A stretch of DNA of 64,000 bases from an uncultured Chloroflexia bacterium (GTDB lineage: Bacteria; Chloroflexota; UBA6077; JACCZL01). Positions within the stretch are counted from its first letter, which is position 1. The number at the start of each line of letters is the position of its first letter. The position numbers were made by a program, and so were the translations under genes. The stretch covers positions 160,001 through 224,000 of the forward strand of contig CAVXYC010000027.1 in NCBI GenBank assembly GCA_963765765.1, read 5' to 3'. The notes below the pieces were generated by a model that was not told where the DNA came from, ran no database searches, and saw nothing but the letters and a program-made list of their open reading frames with translations. Shown here piece by piece: positions 55,270 to 64,000 of this stretch.

Positions 55270-55370
55270 AAGCTCCCTCGCCCTCTGGGAGATGGCTGGG
55301 ATGAGGGTAGGCTGACGTCCGCCACCGCGAGCCCCTCACCCCGAACCTCTCCCAAAGGGCGAGGGAGCTT
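55270..55370. repeat. REPIN-like inverted repeat element
   Basis: AAGCTCCCTCGCCCTCTGGGAGA..GATGAGGG ... CCCTCACC..TCTCCCAAAGGGCGAGGGAGCTT. Confidence 0.7.
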
Positions 55371-55412
55371 CGGGGACACCTGGACTGCCAGAGCAATCGC
55401 GGAGCACCATCG

Positions 55413-56354
55413 ATGAAATTTGGCATTCAGCTCAACCCGTATTACGCGCGCGAAGGGGAAAGTCCCTGGGACAGCGTGGAGCGTGCGGCACGCGGCCTCG
55501 ATTCGACCCACTTCGACTCGCTTTGGCTGTACGACCACTTTTTGTACGAGGGCGGTTACCCGGCGCATCCGGTGCCAGAGCCGGTGATGGAATGCTTCAC
55601 CACGCTCGGCGCGGTGGCAGCCATCACGCAGCGCATTCGGCTTGGTCAGCTCGTGCTTGGCGTGCCGTATCGCAATCCCGCGCTCCTCACGAAAATGGCC
55701 ACCACGCTGGATCACATCAGCCGAGGTCGTTCCATTCTGGGCGTCGGCGCAGCGTGGCACAAGCGCGAATACGAGGGCTACGGCTGGGGAGCCTTTGAGG
55801 ATGGACCGACACGCCTCAAGAGGCTTGAAGAGGCGCTCCAGATCATACGAGCTCTCTGGACGGAGCGGCCGTCTACGTACAAGGGAAGCTTCTATTCCAT
55901 CGATGAGGTGAAGGATTCACCGCTGCCACTTCAGCAACCGCATCCGCCCATCATGGTCGCCGGCAGCGGGGAGAAAGTAACGCTGCGACTTGTGGCGCAG
56001 TACGGCCAGATGTGCAACGTTCAGGGGACTCCAGAGAACGTCGAGCGACTTTTTGGCCTCTTGCGTGAGCATTGCGAGCGGCTCGAGCGTCCATACGATG
56101 GCATCACAAGAAGCATTTACACCACGCTATTGATCGGTCAGAGCGATGCGGAAATCGCGGCCAAGAAGGAGCGATTGGCGGACATCATTCCGCAGAACAC
56201 ACTTTTTGGCACACCAGATGTCATCATCGATGCACTCGCGCAATATGCAAAGGCAGGCTGCGAGTACGTGATCTACCGCACTCCCGATTGGTTTGACGTT
56301 GAGCCGCTGCAGCTCTTTTCTGAGCGAGTGATTCCAGCCCTGGCCGACGCGTGA
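55413..56354 (+). CDS. LLM class (probably F420-dependent) oxidoreductase
   Basis: SLWLYDHF, YRNPALLTKMATTLDHIS.GR, PPIMVAGSGEK. Confidence 0.88.
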   Translation: MKFGIQLNPYYAREGESPWDSVERAARGLDSTHFDSLWLYDHFLYEGGYPAHPVPEPVMECFTTLGAVAAITQRIRLGQLVLGVPYRNPALLTKMATTLDHISRGRSILGVGAAWHKREYEGYGWGAFEDGPTRLKRLEEALQIIRALWTERPSTYKGSFYSIDEVKDSPLPLQQPHPPIMVAGSGEKVTLRLVAQYGQMCNVQGTPENVERLFGLLREHCERLERPYDGITRSIYTTLLIGQSDAEIAAKKERLADIIPQNTLFGTPDVIIDALAQYAKAGCEYVIYRTPDWFDVEPLQLFSERVIPALADA

Positions 56355-56401
56355 TCAGATAACAGGCCGGGACAAATAGGCAGTACGAGGGGAGAAACGC
56401 A

Positions 56402-57559
56402 GTGAAACGAAGCACGGAACGAATCCTCACCACTCACACCGGCAGTCTTCCACGACCACAAGACCTGGTCGAGCTCATCTACCAAAAGGAAAGCGGTGAA
56501 CACGTCGATGAGCAAGCCCTCGCGGATCGCGTCAAGTCCGCTACGGCGGAAATCGTGCGGCACCAGGTTGAATCTGGCGTCGACGTCGTTAGCGATGGGG
56601 AAACCGGAAAACCTGGGTACTCCAACTACGTCAAGGACCGACTGACTGGCTTCGACGGCGAGGGGCGAGGCGTGCGCCGTCAGGCTGAGGCAGATGAGTT
56701 TCCGGAGTATTATGAGCGACTCAACGAGGACCCATACCGCAAAAATCGTCGCACTCCCGCCTGTACCGGACCAGTGACGCTCAAGGACTCGGAAGCGGTC
56801 CAGCGCGACATCGCCAATTTCAAGGCTGCCATAGAGGTACTTGGACCAAACGGCCCCACGGACGCCTTTATGACGGCCGCCTCTCCGGGAGTGATCGCGC
56901 TCTTTCTCCAGAATCAGTACTACGGCACGATCGAGGAGTATCTTGGCTGCGCTAGCAGAAGCAATGCGCCCCGAGTATGAGGCGATCGCGAACGCGGGCA
57001 TTGTGCTTCAGCTCGATTGCCCTGACCTGGCCATGTCAAGGACTGGCGGAATCTTTGCCGAGATGTCGCTGAAAGAATTCCGCGATCGAATCACGCTTCA
57101 GGTAGAGGCGCTCAACCACGCCGTGGCAAACATTCCTCCCGAGCAAATGCGCATTCACCTGTGCTGGGGCAACTACGAAGGACCGCACCGACGCGACATT
57201 CCGCTCGCCGACATCCTCGACATCGTCGTGACTGCTCGCCCGAGCGCAATCTCGTTCGAGGGCGCCAATCCGCGTCACGGACATGAATGGGCGCTCTTCG
57301 AGAGCGTGAAGCTGCCCGAGGGAAAATGGTGATCCCCGGGGTTCTGGACTCGAGCACGAATTATGTCGAGCATCCCGAGCTGATCGCTCAGCGGATTCAG
57401 AACTACGCACGCCTCGTAGGCCGAGAAAACGTCATGGCCGGTTCGGACTGTGGCTTCGGCACATTCATCGGCCGTAATCGCGTGGACGAGCGCGTGGTCT
57501 ACGCGAAATTCGAGGCGATGGCTGAGGGGGCTAGGATTGCTTCGGAGAGACTCTGGTAA
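56402..57559 (+). CDS. Second MetE-II family protein (frameshifts near 56945 and 57325)
   Basis: TTHTGSLPRP, SDGE; QLDCPDL, HLCWGNYEGPH, EGANPRH; GSDCGF, spread across three ORFs. Confidence 0.85.
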
Positions 57560-57564
57560 GGCCG

Positions 57565-57634
57565 GGTTAAGGGAAGAGTTAAGAGTTAAGGCTGCGCATT
57601 GGTTTCTTAACCTTAACATTCCCTCTTAACTCTT
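57565..57634. repeat. TTAA-heptamer inverted-repeat element between convergent genes
   Basis: GGTTAAGGGAAGAGTTAAGAGTTAAG ... CTTAACCTTAACATTCCCTCTTAACTCTT. Confidence 0.65.
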
Positions 57635-59726
57635 CACGCCCGGTCGAGTGCTTCGGCGACAATCTCGGCAAGATCGCGAACCTGAAACGTCTCTTCCACG
57701 TTCAGCGTGCGCACGCCGTCTTCAAACATCGTCACGCAGAATGGGCAGGCCACGGCTATGCCCTTGGCGGGGGTGTCCAATGCTTCCTTGAGCCGATTGG
57801 TGCTGATGCGCTCACCACGGCTCTCCTCCATGAACGCCCTTGCGCCACCGGCGCCGCAGCAGAACGACTTATCGCGTGATCGACCGAGCTCGATCATCCC
57901 TCCATCCGCCATCTTCAGGACGTTGCGCGGATCGTCGTACACGTCGTTGTACCGGCCGATGTAGCACGGATCGTGGTAGGCGAACTCACCTGCCTCGCCT
58001 TCGGGAAGTTTCAGTCGTCCAGCCGAGACGAGCTCGTTGATGAACTGCGTGTGATGGACAACTTCGAAATGCCCGCCAAACTGCGGGTACTCGTTCTTGA
58101 GTGAGTTGAAGCAGTGGGCGCAGTTGGCCACGATTCGCCTTGGCTTGTACTGATTGAGCGTCTCGACGTTCTGCTGGGCGAGAATCTGGAAGAGATACTC
58201 ATTGCCCGCGCGCCGCGCCGGATCACCGGTGCATGTCTCCTCGAGACCAAGGATGGCAAACGGGACGTCGGCCGCGCGGAAGATCTTGACCAGCGCACGG
58301 GCCAGGCGCTGGTTGCGCGAGTCGAACGATGACATACACCCAACCCAGTAGATGACCTCCAGACTGGACGGGTCCTCCACCTCTGCGAGCATTGGAACGT
58401 CAAGCCCATCAGCCCAATCCGCTCGCGTACTGGCAGGGAAAGAGTATGGATTGCCGTTTCGCTCCAGGTTGTTGAACATCATCGTCAGCTCATTCGGGAA
58501 GCGGCTCTGCTCCAGCACCAGATTGCGTCGAAGCTCAACGATCAGCGGTACGTGCTCGATGAGCACGGGGCACTGCTCCATGCACGCTCGGCAGGTAGTA
58601 CAGTCCCAGATCTCGTCCTCGGACACAACGTCACCTACCAGCGATGCCGCCGGCGAAAGGTCCTTGCAGCGTGGGTTGACCAGGCGCGGTCAACTCGGCG
58701 CCCTTCACTCCGGCCTCAGCCAGGACCGGGCCAGCGGGTCCGGCCAGCATGCTATTCTGGCTGGACATATAGGCCCCGATCTCTACGATGAGCTGCCGAG
58801 GCTTGAGCGGCTTGCCAGTGCTGAACGTCGGACAGAAATCGAGACATCGGCCGCAGCGCATGCAGGCGTCCGTGTTCAGAAGCTGCTTCCAGTTGAAGTC
58901 ACTGATGGCCGCGACGCCGAATCGCTCTTGCTCCTCAATGTTTTCAATTGAGGCCAGGGCCCTGGGCTCTTCCGCGCGCATGTACACGTTTGTTGGTCCA
59001 GTGAACATGTGGAAGAGCTTCGAGACCGGGATGTAGGCGATCAACACCGTCGTAGCTACAAGGTGGAACCACCACGTCCCGCTATGCACGGTCATGAGCA
59101 CACCAGGATCTTGCGCCAGAGAGCGCCAGCACCAGCGGATAGGAGACCCAGTGGATCGCCGCGGAGTCATCTCGGGTCGCTGCCAGCCGCAGTGATTGAA
59201 GGAGAAAACCCGTTATGCCTAGAGCCAGTAGGAGTCCCAGCACGATCGCATCATCGCTCAGGCTCCTGCGGAACTTCGGCAAGTCCTGGCCATATCTGCG
59301 CCAAACAGCCATCAACAATCCAATGATGAACAGTAGGCCGAAGAAGTTGATGATGATCTTGTAGGCAATGTAGAAGGGGCCGTGGAAAAAGCTGATGCCG
59401 AGATACGGCCTGACGATGTCTGCCTCGAGCAGGACAATGAGAGTGCCGATGAACAGGAACACGAAGCCGTAGAAAATAAACAGGTGCATCAAGCCCGCGT
59501 AGACGTAGCCCTTGCGGAGAATCCGCCGATGGAGAAAGACCACCCCCATGGCGCGCTTGAGACGAGACCCAGCATCTCCCAGGGGTTTGAAGGGCTGGCC
59601 TTTTCGCCAGGCTAGGTAGCGCATGGATGCGCCGTAGGCGAGAAACAGGGCCTGCACGGCAACGAGCGCATACATCACCGCAAGTGGTATCTCGCCAACG
59701 TTCCAAGCAATTTCTCGGGTGGGCAC
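57634..59726 (-). CDS. FadF/HdrD-like membrane Fe-S oxidoreductase (NarI-like TM + 2x4Fe-4S + CCG), frameshifted
   Basis: AGLMHLFIFYGF, WWFH, KLFH; CMRCGRC..CP, CTTCRAC..CP; YHDPC, CCGAGG, ACPFC across three ORFs. Confidence 0.88.
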
Positions 59727-59728
59727 GA

Positions 59729-59956
59729 CTAACCGTCGACTTCCGAAGCGCCGGCTCCCCGGGTTGGGATCAGGTGGACACCGTGCCGTGCCATCGCATT
59801 GCCAGTCCATGCGCCGCCGACTGTAATGAACAAGGCGCCGGGTGCCACGAGGAGCGCGGCGTGTGAAAGCACAGCCCATGTTGTCATGACGATGCCGACC
59901 ACCGTGAGCACGATAGCGAGACCGAGCTCGATGCGTGGGTGCTCAATTAGTGACAT
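59729..59956 (-). CDS. Small 2-TM membrane protein
   Basis: 75 aa, two hydrophobic helices, abuts the FadF-like gene. Confidence 0.6.
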   Translation of the reverse strand: MSLIEHPRIELGLAIVLTVVGIVMTTWAVLSHAALLVAPGALFITVGGAWTGNAMARHGVHLIPTRGAGASEVDG

Positions 59957-60046
59957 GCGCCTATCGTAATACGAACATGAATATTGATGCAGCTCGATGT
60001 AGTGTCGGGTCGGTGGAAGGCGGAGTCGCCTGTCCCACCGACTCGC

Positions 60047-61115
60047 CTACACTCGGGCCACTGCTGGCTGGGCCAGGGCCGGCATCACTTCTCGCGCAAA
60101 GAGATCCACCGAGGTGAGGATCTGTTCGCGCGTCAGATCGCCGAAGGCAAATGCTCCCGCGAAGTAGTTGGCCCCGGTTCGCTCGATGTAATCGCCAAGC
60201 TGCTCTCGAACCTTCGGCCGGCGAGCCGACAATGATCTTGCCGCCAGCGATGAGGTCGTCAAATGACGGTGCCGAGGCATATTTGTCGTCGCCACGCTCG
60301 AAATACCGACGGGTGAAATTATCGAACCACTTGGCCTGGCCGGTGCGTGCCTGCTCCAGAGCCTTCGCATCAGTCTCTGCAACGTGAATAAGCGACGAAA
60401 GGGCGTAGAACGGCTCCGCCACGTGCCCATTGACTCGAGTCGGATCTCCGCGATGCGCGTCATACGACTCATGATAGACGCGAATCTGATCCGCTATCTG
60501 CTCCACGCTTCCGTGGAGATTCATGCTGAACGCCGTACTGAAGCCCTGGGCGGCGAGAATCGGCACTGACTCCGGGTTCGTGGTTGGGTACCACATTGGC
60601 GGATACGGCTTCTGATACGGGCGCAGATGGGTCTTCAGATCCTCTAGATGGAAGAACTGGCCTTCATAATCCAGCACTCCGGTTGAGAACCCCTTCACCA
60701 GAATTTGCAGCACCTCTTCGTAGATGCCGCGTGAATCTTCCCGCTTCACGCCCATGCGCGCCGCCTCGTGCGGAGACGAGCCGCGGCTGACGCCTATCTC
60801 AAGGCGTCCGCGACTAAGCTGGTCCAGCATGCACAGCTCTTCCAGCAGGCGAATGGGATGGTAGTGCGGCAGAAGATACGTAAGCGCGCCGAGCCTCAAG
60901 CGCTTGGTGCGCTGGGCCACTGAGCTCAAGAAGACGTTTGGCGATGGTGTTTGGGAGAGCTGGGAGCCGTGATGCTCGGCCAGGTGATAGCAGTAGAACC
61001 CGGCCTGGTCCGCATACTCCAGCATGACGAGTCGGTTCTCGTAGTCGTCGGCCGTTCCGCGTCCCGACTCATCCAGCCAATCGAACATAGAAAACTTGAT
61101 TGGTTTGTTGGGCAC
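60047..61115 (-). CDS. LLM class flavin-dependent oxidoreductase (frameshift near 60220)
   Basis: LAEHH, PSP, HPIRLLEE..MLDQLSRGR; C-terminus LFAREVMP in ORF 60047-60472. Confidence 0.85.
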
Positions 61116-61257
61116 CCTCGCCTCCAGTTGATTCACCGCTTCCTTCAGTTACGGCTAAATTCTACGATCCCCCCGGCCAGTAATGCTTGACCGACATCGA
61201 TACGAGCAATTACACCCACCGGATCAGCGTGTAATGTCCGTGCCAAAGGGGAGATAC

Positions 61258-62988
61258 ATGGCAGGCTCGAAACAATTGATGGGCGCGATCGCGCTCTCGC
61301 TTTTAGTTACGGCGTGCAGCAGCGGCGCGCCAGCAAGCCCGACTGCCGCACCAAAAGCCGCCGCGGACGCCAAGCCGACTACTGCTGCTGCCGCGCCAGC
61401 AGCACAGCCGACCGCCGCGGCAGCAGCACCGGCGGCACCAAAGGTGAACCGTCTGGTGATGGCTGTTACCACGCCCGACCGCGAGACCAACGACGTCCGC
61501 AATCACGGAATGCCCAGCGTTTGGGAATTGCGGCCCATGTACGAATACCTGATCGGTGTAGACCACGAATCGGGCAAGCTGGTCCCTCAGCTTGCCACCG
61601 AGTGGCAGGTGGACCCAGCTGGCCCCACAGTACGATTCAAGCTGCGCCGCGGCGTCCAGTTCCATGACGGCGCCGGCGAGTTTACTGCCAAGGATGTCGT
61701 CTTCTCTCGAGACCAGCTCATTCTCCCCGACTCGCTCCACGCCCAGCGTGGCTACTACGACGAGATCACCAAACAGATTGAGATTGTGAACGACTACGAG
61801 GTGGTCTTTCACCTTAGCCGGCCCGATGCAAATTTCCTGCGTGCGCACTCGGAGAACGAGGGCGGCTTCGAAATCCGCAGCCAGGCATGGTTTGAGAAAA
61901 ACGGCGCGCCCACTATGCAGACCAAGCCGATCGCTGGGACCGGGCCGTATCAGTACAAGGAGCGGGCCCAGGGACAGTACATTCGCTATGAGCGGGTGCC
62001 ATTCCAGCACTGGCGGATCACGCCGGACTTTCCCGAGCTAGAGTTCAGGTATATGAAAGAGTCATCCACTCGGATGGCGGGTGTTCTGGCGAACGAAGTG
62101 CACCTCACTGCACTTCCGGAGGACTTGCTGGCCCAGGCTGAAAGCCGAGGGATGAAGGTGGTCGCGTCGAAGCTTCCCGGCGTCCGTAATATTCTCCACT
62201 CCTACGGTGGCGGCCTCAACGATATCAAGGACCCCAGTAGCGGCGTGCGCGAATCAGCGCTTGGCGACGTGCGCGTTCGTAAGGCGCTCGATAAAGCGAT
62301 TAATCGAGATGAGATGAACAAGGCCTTCCTGGGCGGCAAGGGCGAGATCTATGCCCCAGTGAACTATCACCCCAAGCTCCAGGGCTGGGATCCATCCTGG
62401 CAGACGCGCTTCGCTGATGAGTACGGATACGATCCTGCCGCCGCGCGAGCGCTACTCACAGAGGCCGGGTATGGAGCATCTAACCCCCTCAAGATGACCT
62501 TTCTCATCAACGCGGCAGGTGGCCTGCAAGGCTACGAGGGAGATATGGGCGAGGCGATCGGGGCGTATTGGCGTGCCGCGGGCGTAGATGTTGCCCTCGA
62601 TACCACCGAAGGCTCGTCAGTGGACGCCACCACCCGCGCCCGAGGCTACAATCAGCACTACCGGATGCGGAACACGAGCTCCAGCCAGTACCTCTCCATC
62701 TGGGTGTTCCTATCCTACGGTTATGCCGGCTCCACTCAGATCATGACTCCCTACGATCCTGACGTGGATCGGCTCTTCGGCCAGCTTCGGAGCACTCTGG
62801 ACGAGTCGCAGCAAGACGCGCTATACCGTCAGCTCGGTGAGATCATCTTCACCAGGCACACGAATAGCCCGCTGTTCTGGACATCGGCCCAGGCCGTGAT
62901 GAACCCTAATGTCGTGGCAGACTATGTCTGGCCAGGTTCCATCTCAGGCACCTGGACCCACACGGAGTACATCAAAGCGGCCAAGTAA
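61258..62988 (+). CDS. ABC transporter substrate-binding lipoprotein, family 5
   Basis: LVTAC lipobox, PTAA linker, PQLATEW..LRRGVQFHDG, GTGPY. Confidence 0.88.
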   Translation: MAGSKQLMGAIALSLLVTACSSGAPASPTAAPKAAADAKPTTAAAAPAAQPTAAAAAPAAPKVNRLVMAVTTPDRETNDVRNHGMPSVWELRPMYEYLIGVDHESGKLVPQLATEWQVDPAGPTVRFKLRRGVQFHDGAGEFTAKDVVFSRDQLILPDSLHAQRGYYDEITKQIEIVNDYEVVFHLSRPDANFLRAHSENEGGFEIRSQAWFEKNGAPTMQTKPIAGTGPYQYKERAQGQYIRYERVPFQHWRITPDFPELEFRYMKESSTRMAGVLANEVHLTALPEDLLAQAESRGMKVVASKLPGVRNILHSYGGGLNDIKDPSSGVRESALGDVRVRKALDKAINRDEMNKAFLGGKGEIYAPVNYHPKLQGWDPSWQTRFADEYGYDPAAARALLTEAGYGASNPLKMTFLINAAGGLQGYEGDMGEAIGAYWRAAGVDVALDTTEGSSVDATTRARGYNQHYRMRNTSSSQYLSIWVFLSYGYAGSTQIMTPYDPDVDRLFGQLRSTLDESQQDALYRQLGEIIFTRHTNSPLFWTSAQAVMNPNVVADYVWPGSISGTWTHTEYIKAAK

Positions 62989-63060
62989 GAGACAAGTGGG
63001 GAGCGAATGGTGAATGCAGCAACGAGTCTCTGCTTCTCACGAGTCACTTTCCACTGTTCA

Positions 63061-64000
63061 CTAACTAGCGATCTGATACTTCCTGATCGTCTCCTGGCTC
63101 ACGGCAAGGCCGTGGCCGGGGCGATTGGGTACCACGATCTTGCCGTCCTGCAGGCTGGGTGTCTCTTCCCAGAGCTGAAGTGTCCAGGGCATGTACTCCA
63201 CGGTGAGCCCGTTCGGGATGGCTGAGATCAGATGCACGTGAAGCTCTGGGAGCAAGTGACTCACCACGGGGAGGTTGAACGCCTCGGCCATCCCGGCAAT
63301 CTTGAGCCACTGGGTGACTCCACCCGCGCGCAGCACGTCGATCATGACGATGTCCAGTGAGCGCATCTCCAGCATATGCCGAAAAGGCACGATCCCGTAG
63401 TGATATTCGCCTGTGGCGATGGGCATGGTCAGGGCGTCAGCCACACGGGCGAGCCCCTGGAAGTCGTCATGGGCAACCGGATCTTCAAGCCATGTCAGGT
63501 GATATTGCTCGATCCGCCGGCCGATGTCGATCGCCTGGTTCACGCTCCACATCTGGTTGATGTCGCACATAAGGCGAACGTCCGGACCTATGCCTTCGCG
63601 CACCACGCGGATGCGCTCAACGGATTCAGCAACCGTGGCTTCGGCCCCACAGTTCATTTTCATCTCGCGGAAACCCATCTCCACGAGACGCGGCCCCGCC
63701 TTGCTGAGATACTCCAGATCCAGCTCACGCATCATGGCGCCGCTTGCATAGGCGGGTGCACGGTCTCGCAGGCCACCGAGGAGCGCGGCCAGGGCCTTGT
63801 CCGCGGCTTTTGCCTTCAGGTCCCAGCAGGCGATATCAATTGCCGAAAGCGCCAACGTGAAGATGCCGCCCGGACCAGAGCTACTCGCAGCGGTCCTGAG
63901 CTTGGCCGCGATCGCCTCGGTCCGCGTTGGGTCCTCGCCGATGATCAACTCGCTAAGCGAATCCACGGCGGCCTTGAGCGCCGGCCAGATGGCGCCTCCA
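63061..64000 (-). CDS. Mandelate racemase/muconate lactonizing family enzyme (5' end beyond window)
   Basis: SAIDIACWDLKAK, DINQ, WLEDP, ATGE, SHL. Confidence 0.9.
   Translation of the reverse strand, partial: GGAIWPALKAAVDSLSELIIGEDPTRTEAIAAKLRTAASSSGPGGIFTLALSAIDIACWDLKAKAADKALAALLGGLRDRAPAYASGAMMRELDLEYLSKAGPRLVEMGFREMKMNCGAEATVAESVERIRVVREGIGPDVRLMCDINQMWSVNQAIDIGRRIEQYHLTWLEDPVAHDDFQGLARVADALTMPIATGEYHYGIVPFRHMLEMRSLDIVMIDVLRAGGVTQWLKIAGMAEAFNLPVVSHLLPELHVHLISAIPNGLTVEYMPWTLQLWEETPSLQDGKIVVPNRPGHGLAVSQETIRKYQIAS

Overview
GC-rich bacterial chromosomal window, most likely Chloroflexota (inferred from gene content and the P/T/A-rich lipoprotein linkers). Left to right it holds: the 5' part of murA; a complete F1Fo ATP synthase operon interrupted between atpD and atpC; an orphan xanthine-dehydrogenase-family Mo subunit; GT-C-like membrane proteins; acnA; a CobD-like aminotransferase; a fused EtfB-EtfA; amt; a C39/SH3 secreted protein; maf; a VanW protein; folB; an AbfD/HpaB-fold enzyme plus CoA ligase; an archaeal-type FAU-1/DUF402 protein; a poly-HAMP hybrid kinase/CheR/kinase/response regulator cluster; LigB plus two RraA; a c-di-AMP riboswitch ahead of an SH3-CAP gene; murJ; TarD-like and other enolase-superfamily genes; two MetE-like genes; LLM oxidoreductases; a FadF/HdrD-like Fe-S membrane protein; and a family-5 solute-binding protein. 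About a dozen genes, including acnA, carry apparent frameshifts, most likely long-read indel errors. No rRNA, tRNA, CRISPR array or transposase was recognised. The most interesting unexplained signals are non-coding or very small: two collinear, apparently paralogous ~150-nt rod-like RNA elements (19.2 and 23.2 kb, 6S-like), a two-state hairpin at 52.1 kb, a self-contained acidic micro-gene inside the atp operon, and a uORF copying the N-terminus of its downstream MetE-like gene. All structures were paired by eye; none was computed.
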